Source: Eledone cirrhosa
Taxonomy: Eukaryota
Length of the DNA: 64,000 nt
Direction of reading: 5' to 3'
NCBI GenBank assembly: GCA_964016885.1
Contig: OZ024743.1
Coordinates: 42,408,001 to 42,472,000, forward strand
A program made the position numbers and the translations under genes. The notes under the pieces are model-generated. The model had not been told where the DNA came from, searched no databases, and saw only the letters and a list, made by a program, of their open reading frames with translations. Positions 13,764 to 27,016 of this stretch are shown one piece after another (position 1 is the stretch's first letter; each line of letters starts with the position of its first letter).

Positions 13764-13791
13764 CCGTCCAAACGACGGGTAGTTTAGCTAG
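13764..13791 (+). mobile_element. Putative Helitron-like 3' terminus (element may start near 13015)
   Basis: GC-rich hairpin ccgtc-caaac-gacgg, followed 9 nt later by CTAG and then T: the canonical Helitron 3' signature. The 5' end is not established. Confidence 0.4.
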
Positions 13792-13828
<37 letters not shown>

Positions 13829-13839
13829 ATGTGTGTATA

Positions 13840-13920
<81 letters not shown>

Positions 13921-13962
13921 ACGATATTAAATAAATGGAAACTATATTTATGAAACCATATT

Positions 13963-14027
13963 TATTTCATTATACATATTTCAGGGATACCAAATTAAAA
14001 TATGGTATGCCTTCATCAGACAAAATA
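13963..14027 (-). ncRNA. Type I hammerhead (family B) in element fragment 13923-14065
   Basis: Minus strand tattttgt-CTGATGA-aggcatacca...tggtatccct-GAAA-tatgta-TA-atgaaata. Confidence 0.78.
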
Positions 14028-14619
14028 AATATATAAACCGTTTTATAAATAATTTTGACGTACCCTATTAAATGCAACCATTATTTTTGGCAGCTGTCTG
14101 GATAGTGAGATGTTTATAATTATTTTATTAGTTATAGTGTTAAGCACAGTTAGAAAAAGACGGAGAGAAAGAAAAACGGAGAGAGAGAAGGAGAGAGAAA
14201 AAGAAGGAGAGAGAGAAAAAGAAAACCTGGAGAAATGTCGGAGAGGGAGAGAAATCTATGTAGAAAAGAAAGATATAAATAGATAGGAGGAAATAAAAAG
14301 AAAGAAAAAAGGAAGAAATAAGAAAAACAAAAGAAAGCAACAGAGAGATAATAATTCATCATACAGATAGAAAAACTCAAGAGAGAGGAAATACTATCTA
14401 GAGAGAGGGGGATATAGTGACAACTTTACGTCATGTCATATTAAGTTGAGTTAACAATTTATATGAAATGAATAATAAAAATATAAATATCAATATTCAT
14501 GAATGGGACATAGATATATAATATGAGAAAATAACATTGTTCAATAATGACCATATGTTTAGTTTAAAAACTTGAGGTCAATATACCGAAATCTGAGTTA
14601 AAACCTTCAAAAAATACCC

Positions 14620-14672
<53 letters not shown>

Positions 14673-14675
<3 letters not shown>

Positions 14676-14864
14676 AATGAGTAGGACCCCCACGGCTGAG
14701 CTCAAGCCGTTTTGACGGCTAATTCTGGACAGAGAATTAGCCGTCGAAACGGCTTGAGCTCAGCCGTCGGGGTCCTACTCGTTCCTATTACCCACTCTAC
14801 TACCTTAAGTATTGAGTACTTTGGTGCGTTATGGTCCATCTGGTTCCTTACCACATTTCCTTCG
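14673..14864 (+). mobile_element. Family K ~190-bp asymmetric hairpin element
   Basis: Short arm 14673-14727 is inverted relative to 14733-14788. Carries GAAA-cggc-ttgagctca-gccg-TC-ggggtcc; (TA)n flanks. Further copies at 27650-27785, 28359-28483 and 37054-37151. Confidence 0.75.
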
Positions 14865-14891
14865 CAATATATACATATATATATATATATA

Positions 14892-15786
14892 TGAGAAACG
14901 TAAAATAAGAAAATTATAAAATTAACTTACTTACTAAAATATCACTTCCAACTAATTAGTTTCTGGAAGGGAGTAAATATATTTTCCGAAGAAGATATAT
15001 ATAAAAGCATTCCGACGTCAGGGAAGTCTATTTTCATCCAAGTTACCAGGCAAGGCGAGGACTCCGGAAACTTATTAAAAAAATAATTCAGTGGATAGGA
15101 AATAGCAAAGCGTGGACTGAATTCCTAGCCATTGAGAAAATCACGCCTCTACGTCTGTGGCAAATTCAAAAAGAATCAATCACGTGACATCGAGATCAAT
15201 GAATGGAAAGCGGTTTGCTAATAAGACAGCGGCCTGTCTACTACTATAGCAGCAGTCAAGGCCAATATTGCTCGACAAATAATTTGGAGATAATTATAAA
15301 GGATTTATATCTAGTAACATATATATACATACAGATGCATATCAATGCTAGCAAATATATAGGTTTTGTCTTAGTAACATTGCGGTTCAATGCATGGTGT
15401 TGCAGAACAATAATATGAGAAACGTAAAATAAGAAAATTATAAAATTAACTTACTTACTAAAATATCACTTCCAACTAATTAGTTTCTGGAAGGGAGTAA
15501 ATATATTTTCCGAAGAAGATATATGGAAAAGCATTCCGTCGTCAGGGAAGTCTATTTTCATCCAAGTTACCAGGCAAGGCGAGGACTCCGGAAACTTATT
15601 AAAAAAATAATTCAGTGGATAGGAAATAGCAAAGCGTGGACTGAATTCCTAGCCATTGAGAAAATCACTGCCTCTAAACTGTGGCAAATTCAAAAAGAAC
15701 TCACAATGTTACTAAGACAAAACCTATATATTTGCTAGCATTGATATGCATCTGTATGTATATATATGTTACTAGATATAAATCCT

Positions 15787-15792
<6 letters not shown>
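14892..15792 (-). mobile_element. Retrozyme-like element (family E): about 1.5 tandem 524-bp units with two hammerheads plus inverted fragment
   Basis: 14892-15175 is repeated at 15417-15700; 15295-15383 is inverted at 15703-15792; HHRs at 14944-15027 (core mutated to CTGACGT) and 15468-15551; (TA)n flanks; no ORF. Confidence 0.8.
15468..15551 (-). ncRNA. Type I hammerhead (family E) with long loop II
   Basis: Minus strand acttcc-CTGACGA-cggaa...ttcca-GAAA-ctaattag-TT-ggaagt. Confidence 0.75.
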
Positions 15793-15817
<25 letters not shown>

Positions 15818-17904
15818 GTTTGTGTATGTATGTGTTTATATATATATGTATTGGTTATCCTATATATGTCTAACCAAGAATATATTTGGAGAGGTGTAAT
15901 AATAATTCAATCTTGTGTTTCGCTTCCCCAATATCTATGACTTTTCTCCGTAAATTGATCAAAATGGCGAAAAACACGACCCAATTTCGATTCATGTTGA
16001 AATATTTTCCTAAATGTCCTGCAGTGTGCAACAATTAAATCGAGACCATTTAACTGGCTTTGTCATAATTGGTATAACACGGAAAAATCAAAATTGCAAA
16101 TTTTCTTTATGCCGATTTATTGTCGAGTATTTAGCACTTCTTTCCGTTCAATGTGACCACCATTTATTTTCTTTACCTGTTCATTCGGTTTACTTTATGA
16201 TGCACACGCGTTAACTATTTCTTCCTTTTTCATTTTACAAAATTCTCACATGTTCGAAACCTTCAGTGAAGAGACACAATTATGAGAAGTTGCGTTGGAT
16301 ATTGCTTCAACTGCGCCCCATATTAAAACATCACATTGATTCAAATCTGGTGAGATAGAGGGCCAGATATATTTAGGGATAAAGATATGCAATTCCTATT
16401 TCTTGCACTCTTTTCGAACAATGGGCGTGTGCGGTGGCCTGTGCACACATGAATCAACGTGCATTATAATGTTTCCTCAACCAAGGCAACAAAACTTCTA
16501 AGATTTTGAGATACACTACTGTGTTTATTTTAAGGCCCACTTCAATAAAATGAGGAAGCATCAATTCCCATCACTTACAAACGTTTACAACTGTGTATGA
16601 ACAGTTTGTGTTTTGTAACGGGAAAAAATTTCGAAGATTGGTAGTTGTTATTTGAATAGGTAAAAGTACAAAATAAATTGAATTTATGATAAATACTACA
16701 AGAGAGTAAAGTTTAGACACATTAGTAATTTCTCAGTTCTCTAATCAACGAAAAAACAATATAGATGGTCTTATTTATTCTTAAGTAATAAATCAGAATG
16801 CAACTAAAGATTAGTATCTCATCATACCCATGCTATTTTGCTAGGTTTATACATCATATTTATTTTCAATGTTACATGCTATCTCTTATAATAATAGTGC
16901 TTGTTAAGCCATTCTCGTTATGATTGATGGGCAAATAATGTTTTTTTCCTTACATCATCTATATAGTAAACTTAACAAAGCGATGCGTGTGTATTCCAAT
17001 GAGAGAAACATCTCCAAACCTCATTCAAGATTAGTTGATGTGACAATACATACTTTAAAGATGGTCGCCATCTCGAAATTAATATATATTTAGATTGTAG
17101 AAGGTTTACTACCAAAATAGCGTGATAATAGACAGTCAGTCGTGATTGCTTTGAGTGGACACGTTAATAGAACCGTGTTTATTGAAAATACAGTACTATT
17201 TGAATGACTAGTTTAAATTAGCATATATGTAAATATAAGGCCGGCAATTCAATATCTTAACGTGGCAACATGATAAAGATTCCGGAATTTGACTTGACAG
17301 TTTATTCGTATTTCATTTTGTCATCAGTTTACTATAATAATATGGTTACGTGAGGGGGTTTGGGGCAGATTGCGGGTATGTTGAGGGACCAAATCATTTG
17401 AGGGCGAGACAAATAAACTCTGGTCTTGTTCCAGCTCTTTACCTTCTGAGTTCAAATTGCGCCGGTATAAAATTCACATTTGATTCTTACGTGTTTCATT
17501 AAATAAAATACCAAGTAAATACTGGGGTTGATTTAGATACAAGAAGAAGAAGAACGGTGCACAGTTTAATATGATACTTTTATAGCGATGTGCATAAGGA
17601 TTTTGCCTCGGAAGCATTTTGCTCTCCGTGCAAGCCCGATGTCTAGCACAATGGGCGGCAAATGTCCTCAAATGTACACTCAGGTTGTCCGAAAACTTGC
17701 TTCAGGAATTATGTTGATATATATATGTACACATATATATATATATAGTTTCGTTGACAAGTATATCAATGTGCCCAGACACGCAGATATATTGCCCTTG
17801 GTATGACAGTGTGGTTTTAGCTCAATGTCGGATAACTAGTATACTACAGATCCGTTATAATTTTAGGAATAACCAAAGAGTGCTTAGAAATACATTGTTT
17901 AATT

Positions 17905-17949
17905 GCTAACAATGTTTCATCCATACCCTATGGCAGGAATAATCAGAGC
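17905..17949 (-). ncRNA. Degenerate hammerhead, similar to the Naiad-1 pLTR type, in a probable Penelope 3' remnant (~17850-18580)
   Basis: Minus strand gct-CTGATTA-ttcctgcc atag ggtatggat-GAAA-cattg-TT-agc; G8 is mutated. Confidence 0.5.
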
Positions 17950-18582
17950 CTATAGTTGACTAAAGAGTCAATAGTTGTATGCTCCATCAAGCTGCGTCAC
18001 CAGAACAATGTTAAAGGACCAGCAGGGGGGTCCCAAGGCCAGCGCTATATAGAAAAAGACATATTATATGACGCACATAATGTCATAAAATGTCATAAAA
18101 AATTACATCAAAAATTACATCAAAAGTTTATCTCATAAATGGTGCAATAGATTATAAGGGGGTTGGGAGAGGGTAGCAAGGAAGGAGTGAAGGTGTTACT
18201 CAGCATGATCAAAAACAATTAAAAAAACAAAGAAACAAAAAAACAAAAAACAAACAAAACAGAGCAAAGCATAGATACACCAAAGCACAAGCAGTGCAAA
18301 TGCAGGATGTATAGGCAGGTTAAGAGAGCTTGCAAGCATGAGTCTGTGAGAAGAATAGTTGGTGAGCGGTGGTGCAGCTTTATATGAAGGATTGACTATA
18401 GGAAGGATGGTGCACTCCAGTTATATCGCCTTGAAACAGGTCGAATCTCCGTATTATATCAACAGCCTACGAACAACATCAATTGGTTCCAGTTCCGAAC
18501 GTTAGGAGAAATAACACTATGTTTCCAAAACATATACCCAGGGGATTTATCCGCACAGGCAGTCTGCGATAGACACCTAAAA

Positions 18583-18644
<62 letters not shown>

Positions 18645-19047
18645 TAGATAGAGTAGGAAAGAGAAAGTTAGATAGGTAGATATTTGCGTCTGTCTGTCTG
18701 TTAGTGTCTCACAACGTAGTAATTCTACAAAAACAGATCGATAAAATTAGTTTCAAGTTCAATGAATTAACTAGTGTCGGTGATATGATCGGCTTTAAGG
18801 CGATCGTCTTGTTGGCCGCAGTCTACTAATTGAAACCAGTTAAGAAATTAGAAGGTATTATAATATGTGCAAATTAATCCCCATATGAAAGAAATGTATA
18901 TGTAATCGGAGTCACAGAGCGATGTATACCTGATAAGTGAGTTAGCAATGTACTTAGTGCAAAATGGGGAAGCGATATTCAGAGAGGAGACACGTGGGGG
19001 AAGATTCTAAGTTCGCTAAGATATACATATACATACACACGCACGCG

Positions 19048-19109
<62 letters not shown>

Positions 19110-19113
<4 letters not shown>

Positions 19114-19930
19114 TGTTGTTTTAGTGGTTTCAGTCGTTGTATGCAAAGTGCTTTCTTGATCTGTAGAGTTTCAATGTTCGGTTCTGTTGCTAGCACTGTG
19201 ACAGCTAATGTACCACACTTCTTGTCTCTGCATTCGGTGATGTGTTTCCGAAAGGTTGAGGCTCTAGTGCTGACGTGCTCTTTGATTCTAATATGCGACG
19301 TTCGAATGTTGCTGCCGATTTGAATATATTTGCACTTGTCACATTCGATATTATAAATGACGTAAGTGCACAAGCAACAGTGTGTGTGGTGCATCGGGCA
19401 GTTGCTAAGGGAGCACGTAGTGTACGTGTTGTATTGTTTCTTGGAGAGGCATCTCCGTAGGGAGAGTCCCGAGTAGGCCTATTGAATATCCAGACTCTCC
19501 CTTAGTACGACCCTGCGGATAGCGCTGGTGGTGATCGCCTAGGTATAGGATGTTAAGTCAGCACTGTTCAGTCACGTTTTTCTGCCTTCTGTGAACGGGG
19601 ACGTTTATTACGTTGGTGAGGGATGCCGGATAGCAGTTGGCTTCCAACACCCTGTTGAATTGCTTGAGGAGGGTGATACCACCCACGGGATCACTGAATT
19701 TATCTCTTATCCGCGTAACCTCCTTTCTGATGTATCCTCTCTTAGAGTTGTTGGGAACGGTAGACTTGATGCATACAAAAAGATCCCTGCTGGCCGCCTT
19801 GCGGCGGAAATCTGTGTTGACCCATTCCTGTTCCGTGATATTTAACCGGAGGTAAAAGAGGGCCTGGTACCTGTAGTGGGTGGGGTGTTCAATGTTGAAT
19901 ATGATATTATTATCCGTATTATTGAGAACT
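19110..19930 (-). pseudogene. Penelope-like element fragment (RT thumb + GIY-YIG endonuclease, CxxC type)
   Basis: VIYNIECDKCKYIQIGSNIRTSHIRIKEH...LQIKKALCIQRLKP.L; upstream frame NIIFNIEHP...RRKAASRDLF...LEANCYP. Confidence 0.7.
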
Positions 19931-20027
19931 TCGAAAATTCCGTTAGCCGAGAAGAAGGTGACTTGGGGTTGGCAGGTACTGAGCGCTTTGCGTTCCAGTA
20001 GTCTATATACGATATTTTAAAGAAATA

Positions 20028-20290
20028 TATATATTTATTTGGTTCCTTTACCGGTTTCGCAGTTCTTCCGCTTTTCAAAAATAGAGATGTGAGAAAAACC
20101 ACAGTCCCTCCATCTCAACTAAACTTTTGAAAAGCAGAAGAACTGCGAAACCGGTAAAGGAACCAAATAATATATATATATTTTTTTTAAATAAGACTCC
20201 AGTTGCATTTTCGATTTCATATTTTTTTCTTTATACGTTCACTCGTGTAGGACACCTCGGTTATTTTTCATTTTGCAAAAAAAAACCTCA
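20028..20290 (+). mobile_element. Family L fold-back element carrying the 3' half of a hammerhead
   Basis: 20036-20081 is inverted at 20125-20169; the direct arm has gaactgc-GAAA-ccgg-TA-aaggaacc; homologue on minus strand at 40630-40780. Confidence 0.6.
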
Positions 20291-20471
20291 CTTTCTAATA
20301 TATATATATATTAGATTTGGCGCTCTGAAATAGCGATATATATATGAATGTATATATAGTATATTTTGCAATACACTGTATGCTTAATTAAAAGCATTTT
20401 GAAGACCTTACGCTATTGTTTTAATGTAGTGAATATGTCACTTACTTCTTTTTTCAACAAACAAAGGGTGA

Positions 20472-20519
20472 TAAGCTGACAGATCTCTGTTTCATACTAT
20501 TGGTATTCCTCAGAGCTTA
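20472..20519 (-). ncRNA. Type I hammerhead with true helix III (family F)
   Basis: Minus strand taagct-CTGAGGA-atac caata gtat-GAAA-cag agat ctg-TC-agctta; GUC triplet. A partial inverted degenerate copy lies at 20554-20600. Confidence 0.8.
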
Positions 20520-20607
20520 GCACTCCCAACATTCATAATTTTCAACAAACAAGGGGAGTGCTAAGCTATGAAGAATACAGTGTATACCAAAATACATTAT
20601 ATATACA

Positions 20608-20654
<47 letters not shown>

Positions 20655-20659
<5 letters not shown>

Positions 20660-21148
20660 CAGATGCATATCAATGCTAGCAAATATATCAATGCTAGCAT
20701 TGATATGCATCTATATGTATATATATGTTACTAGATATGAATTCTTTATTATTATCTCCAAATTATTTGTCGAGCACTATTGGCCATGACTGCTGCTACG
20801 GTTGTAGAGAGGCCGCTGTCTTATTAGCAAACCACTTTCCACTGATTGACCTCGATGTCACGCGTTCGATTCTTTTTGAATTTGCCACAGACGTAGAGGC
20901 AGTGATTTTCTCAATGGCTTGAAATTCAGTCCACGCTTCGCTATTTCCTATCCACTGAATTATTTTTTAATAAGTTTCCAGTGTCGTCGCTTTGCCTGGA
21001 AACTTACATGAGAATAGACTTTCCTGACGACGGAATGCTTCTCTGTATTATTCTTCGGAAAATATATTTACTCCATTCCAGAAACTAATTAGTTGGAAGT
21101 GATATTTTAGTAAGTAAGTTAATTTTATAATTTTCTTATTTTACGTCT

Positions 21149-21149
<1 letters not shown>
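20655..21149 (+). mobile_element. Family E monomer with hammerhead at 21018-21100
   Basis: Reverse complement of the 14892 unit; actttc-CTGACGA-cggaatg...cattcca-GAAA-ctaattag-TT-ggaagt; (TA)n flanks. Confidence 0.8.
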
Positions 21150-21244
<95 letters not shown>

Positions 21245-21249
21245 CATAT

Positions 21250-21855
21250 GTCAGGTCACCAGTTGGAGCTACTGGTAACATGTATCCCAGTACAACCTGT
21301 CTCATGGTCGGGTCGCTGGCGACTAAACTGGCAACCCCACCAAGATTTCCTTGTGAGGAGGGTGACTTTGGACATCCTGCAGGACTAAAAACAAAACCTA
21401 TCAAAGGGCAAAGGAGCTCTTAAGATTCAATAGCCATCCAAAATGACCGGGAGAGATGACCCCTTAGCCTTTGTCAAGGCAGAATTCTAGGAGAAGGAAA
21501 ACTCTGATATAACACCTACAACCCTGATGGTATCCAATGATCTTGACTTGTTCTTCTTTTTGGTAAATATCATCTCGTTTAAGAGAGTGGGACTGGCTTT
21601 GTGCAGTGCCTTTGCTCACTATAAAAGCTTCACGGCACAGGCATTGTTTTATATCTGGAGATCTCTCTGCACTTGTCGTCACATGGTACCATGGGCCCAG
21701 CACTATGTTTCAATAATTGTCACAAGTCTAGTGTTTGTACCAGAGTTTTCAAGTCGCTGGCTGGACTCCAATATCACACTCATTCAGCGCATCGGTAGGG
21801 GTTCTCCTACATGGATATAAAGTAGTGGCCGTACTCGAAAACGAGTTGGCAGCCA

Positions 21856-21858
<3 letters not shown>
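21250..21858. mobile_element. ~610-bp non-coding interspersed element, copy 1
   Basis: Highly similar to 27017-27626 with identical termini (gtcaggtcacc...ttggcagccacca); both copies abut (TA)n on both sides. Confidence 0.8.
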
Positions 21859-21953
<95 letters not shown>

Positions 21954-22553
21954 TACTTACAGTAAATATTGATGCAATTCAATTCAAGCACTCGACGAAT
22001 GTCTTCTACATAGGAAAACAGAGTATATTTAGAATGAGAAAAGGCGAAGTAGTTTCAGATGTTAATACTCCTTTATTGATAATGCTGTGACATATTACAA
22101 TGACGACAGTTGTCACATGATTACATGTACCCAGTGCCAGGAAATCATCAGACAGCTTTTTATATTTGGGGTTACGTTCCCAAAGCAATATCAAACAGAA
22201 ACCACAAGGGAACGGACAAGGCTCGTGTTCTTGAATCCCTCGGCCGTTCCCCCGTGAGCCCCAATTCACCTGTATTGGCTCACATGGGAATGATAATATA
22301 ATAATGATCCAATCGGCTAAATAAAGAAGAATTGTACGTTACCGTGTATGTGAGAGCGATTGTAAGTGTGTTTGTGTCTGTCAGTATGTGTCAGTGAATC
22401 TGTGTGTGTTTGTGAGTGTGTGTGTGTGTAGCTAGATTTCCTGCTTCATGCTACATCCAAATAATATTAGCAACAACATAAATAACAATAACGATAATAA
22501 TAATCGTGATTATTACCTCCAATGTCACGATCATAAGGAAAACTATAATAATG

Positions 22554-22760
22554 GTTCTTTATATAGGCACCAGGCCAGCAATTTTGAGGGATGGTAAAAT
22601 CGAATCCATCGGGTGACTAGTATTTATTTTATCGACCCCGTAAGGATGAAAGGCAACGTTAACCTTGGCGGGATTTGAACTCAGATCATAAAGGGCCGTA
22701 ACTCTATGCTGCAAAGTAAGGCGCCCGACCCTCTACCGATACTGTCAATCCTCTGCCCTA
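22554..22760 (-). mobile_element. tRNA-derived SINE (central domain resembles Meta/MESC)
   Basis: A box and B box (GAGTTCAAATCC) followed by gcctttcatccttacggggtcgataaaata; 14-bp target-site duplication (TSD) aaactataataatg at 22540-22553 / 22765-22778. Confidence 0.85.
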
Positions 22761-23009
22761 ATAGAAACTATAATAATGATAATGATTAACCAATCAGCAA
22801 GAATGAAGAAGAATTGTACGTGAATCTGTGTGTGTGCGAGGGGCGGTGCATATGTGCGTTGGATTGTTATGATTCAATAAGTAGCCGGGTGCACAAATAT
22901 ATTTTCTTTATTTTGAATAAATATATTCTCTTTCACATATTCTTGTGTCTGTGTGTCTCTGTCTGTATGTGTATGTGTGTGCGTGTGTAGCAATAGCAAT
23001 TTATTTCCT

Positions 23010-23520
23010 TCCAATTCACAATGGAATACAGTCAAAACCAACTTCCATTCCTAGACATTCTAATCATAAAAGTCACAAATGTTGAAACTGACATTCACCA
23101 CAAAGCAACATATTCTTAACAACATTTACTATTCAGCTCAAGCCATCCGAAACACACGAAGACAAATAAACCATTTAGTCTAGCAAGACGAATAAGTACA
23201 GTTGTCTTAAATCAGGAAACTGAGAATAAAAGAATGCAAGAACGCAAAGAAATTCTAATCGAATTATAGTATCCATCATTATTAAGAGACAACGGAATAA
23301 AATGGTCTAAAGCAATAGATATTCAAGAATTACGAAAAACAAAAACAACTTCAGATCCGTTCAATACTCTATCCGGTATTTCAACACACAATCCAAAAAT
23401 ACATATGTAGACTACATTATACACAGGAACATCCCACTATTGAGACAAGACCCAATAATGAAAATAGTACTTGAAACATAAAATAATCACAAACACGAGA
23501 CAACGAAAACCACTTTAAAA
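23010..23520 (+). pseudogene. Penelope-like (Neptune-type) RT/thumb fragment, not in the ORF track
   Basis: Manual translation FQFTMEYSQNQLPFLDILI...ETDIHHKAT.S*QHLLFSSSHPKHTKTNKPFSLARRI...*YP, with in-frame stops. Confidence 0.75.
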
Positions 23521-23585
23521 AAATACACACAAGCACCAAATTACCCGTCACGAATACAACACCAATAATCAATCAATCAACCAAT

Positions 23586-23664
<79 letters not shown>

Positions 23665-24197
23665 TGTGTGTGTGTGTGCGTGTGTATACGAGAAAGTTTA
23701 GTTTGCGTTGGTCAAATCAGTTATGTTGCAGATGAATGCGCAATCAAAATTTGGAAAGACTGCTTTCCATTTTCCCCGACGTGTTCCTTGGAGTTGTGTA
23801 GCACAGGTATGTGCACACCCATTTATTAAAGAATTCCCGAACTCCATAAATCAACTACCCGGTCCAAAACTCTGGGATAATATGTATTACACACTTACTT
23901 GGTCATTGTTAGGTTCAGCTGCCCATACCAAAACGAAAAAAAACTGTACAATATTTGTGTGATGTAAATGTTTCAGATCATGACAAGATCGGATCTGTTG
24001 AACTCTCACCAAGACAGAGTCTTCAACTAATGCGTAAAAACATTTCTCTCAGTATCATCCAAGTTATCATAATATTAGATCACCTGTCTGTAACCATTCT
24101 ACATTCTGACATTTGTACATTATTCTATATATTATACATGCACCTTTGATGAGTTGTAGTGCACCTCAGCACTGTAAACAATACTTTCATTATTATT

Positions 24198-24308
24198 AGT
24201 TCAAATCTCGTCGAGGTTAACTTTGCCTTTCATCCTTACGAGGTCGATAAAATAAAGTACCAGTAATGCACTGGGTAATTGCTGGCCTTGTGCCAAAAGT
24301 AGAAACAA

Positions 24309-24346
<38 letters not shown>

Positions 24347-24525
24347 GGCAGTATCGGTAGAGGGTCAGACACCATGCTTTCCAGCATAGTTACGTCCCTT
24401 TACGATCTGAGTTCAAATCCCGCCGAGGTTGACTTTGCCTTTCATCCTTACGTGGTCGATAAAATAAAGTACCTGTAATGCGTTGGTTAATTCCTGGCCT
24501 TGTGCTTAAAGTAGAAACAATTATT
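24198..24525 (+). mobile_element. Two adjacent tRNA-SINE copies (5'-truncated 24198-24310; near-full 24346-24525) with (ATT)n tails
   Basis: tggcagtatcgg A box, gagttcaaatcc B box and a shared body. Confidence 0.85.
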
Positions 24526-25027
24526 ATTATTATTAATTAACTCACTCCGTATGCCACATTCCCACTCGCCGCCTTTATTCGTATTATTCTTGGCATCCGC
24601 TTGTCTCCTTTGCTGTTGTTCTTTTAGATAATTCTAAAAAGACACCCCTCAATTTAATTTATAGCCTTTCAACGAAATCTTATCTTTTCTGATCCTTTCG
24701 TTTACCTCCCTGTTTTTTTCTCTTTTTTCTCTTCTTTCGTTCTCTTTTTCTTCCCCTTCTACACTAACGATCTCTCTATATGATTAAATAGGTTCCCTGA
24801 CCAGCCATATATCTTGCTTTGAACCCTTCTGCACTTACAATTCCACTAATCTTCTCATTGGTTATTTGGGCTGTAATTCCCCCACACACACCCCATATAA
24901 ATCTACTATATAGACTTTGTATAATTATTGTTATTCGTTTATTTATATGTTGTCCACTATTTTTGTTATTTACTATATTTTGATTTTGATTTTGATTTTG
25001 ATTTTGATTTAGTCTGTATTAAAAATG

Positions 25028-25239
25028 GTTTCTTATATAGGCACATGGCCAGCAATTTGGGGGAGGGGAAAGTCGATTAAATCGACCCCAGTGCGTGATG
25101 GTACATTATGTTATCGACCCTGTAAGGATGAATGGCAAAGTTAACCACGGCGGGATTTGAACTCAGACCGTAATGGACTGTAACTCTATGCTGCAAAGCA
25201 TGGTGTCCTACCCTCTACCGATACTGTCAATCCACCCCC
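25028..25239 (-). mobile_element. tRNA-derived SINE
   Basis: Same family; 19-bp TSD ttagtc(t/c)gtattaaaaatg at 25009-25027 / 25240-25258. Confidence 0.85.
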
Positions 25240-26009
25240 TTAGTCCGTATTAAAAATGAAATTTATATATTAGCTTTGTCATTAGTAAGCGATGCTTATT
25301 GTAGAAATGGGGAACCACTAAGAATATAGCCAGCTTTTCTCTTAATTATGAAGGACAATTCCAGACACGTAATGCATACGTATCAACATTATAAAATGTA
25401 GTCAGTGGATGTCGACTGTTACGTAATTATAAGACACATGTTAAAGATAAATTACATAATAGATTCTTCTATCCATCTCATCCTGCCCAATTTTTACCTA
25501 AAATAATGAGGAAACTTAGACCTAAAAAACAATTGTAAATACAGTTGGTTGCAATAATTGGCATAGGAAATCGTGAAATTAAGCCCTTATTGACAGAACA
25601 AAATTGATGGGTGTTTGCTGACCACTCTCAACGTTGACCTAAACGGCCTTTGACAAAATCAAATTACTGTTTAAATTAAAAGCATAAGTTGTTTTGTATG
25701 TAAACAGCATCTTAAGTAAATTTTCACAGAGAGATTATAAGGTTCATTGAATGCGTATGGAAATGATGCCGAAAATATGTTTAACATAAATCGGTTAAAG
25801 AATCCTTATAGATGGTAGAAAAGCGGTGAGGTGTTGCTTTGAACAATCGAACGACTTATCCTTCAGATAGCGGCCGATTGCTCTAACCATTGAGTTAAAC
25901 GGAGCCTGACAATAATCACCGCCAGTAAGAAGCTAAATCAAATAGCTGTGGATGTAATCTTCCCCATATGCAAAATACACACAAACACAAACACACCCAC
26001 ACCCACACA

Positions 26010-26173
<164 letters not shown>

Positions 26174-26205
26174 CATGTATATCCATATTTTATATCTTTG
26201 TGCAT

Positions 26206-26252
<47 letters not shown>

Positions 26253-26809
26253 GCACACACTCTTCTGTGTTTGTTTGAGTGTGTGTGTGCATGTGTATGT
26301 GTGAGAGAGAGAGAGCATGCTTTGTCACGCATATGCCTCTTTGTTTGTGAATGTTGGTAGGAGCTTGCTTGTGCATACGTGCATATACTAACATGTAAGT
26401 TGATAACAAAAATATATATGTATCAAATATATACATACTTATTAACGTAACTAGAAAAAAACAACAATAGATGAAGGTGGGCAAAAATACATTAGGGATT
26501 ATAATACTATAATCTGGCAAGGAATATAATAAAGATTAATGATTGCTTAACGATGAGATACATGCCATGGAATAGAAATGATGTTAAGTCAATGCTTGAA
26601 TACAGCAGAGCGTGCATTTTCTTATTAAGTGGGACTGAAAGTAAAATTTCTTTTCCGTACTTAAGTCTTTCGTTGTAAGATAAATTTCCATTCATCTGTG
26701 CATATATAAATATAAATGTGTCGAATCGAAGTATATGAGAAAAGGTAATTGTCCATCCATATGTGTATAAGTATGAATGCATATATGTATATGTGTGCGT
26801 GCGTGCGTG

Positions 26810-26878
<69 letters not shown>

Positions 26879-26887
26879 TAACGTATA

Positions 26888-26991
<104 letters not shown>

Positions 26992-27016
26992 TGTATGTAT
27001 GCATGTATATATATAT

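Noticed and set aside
24346-24430. tRNA gene suggested by A and B boxes
   Set aside because: It is the head of a multi-copy SINE, with no cloverleaf acceptor stem or terminator.
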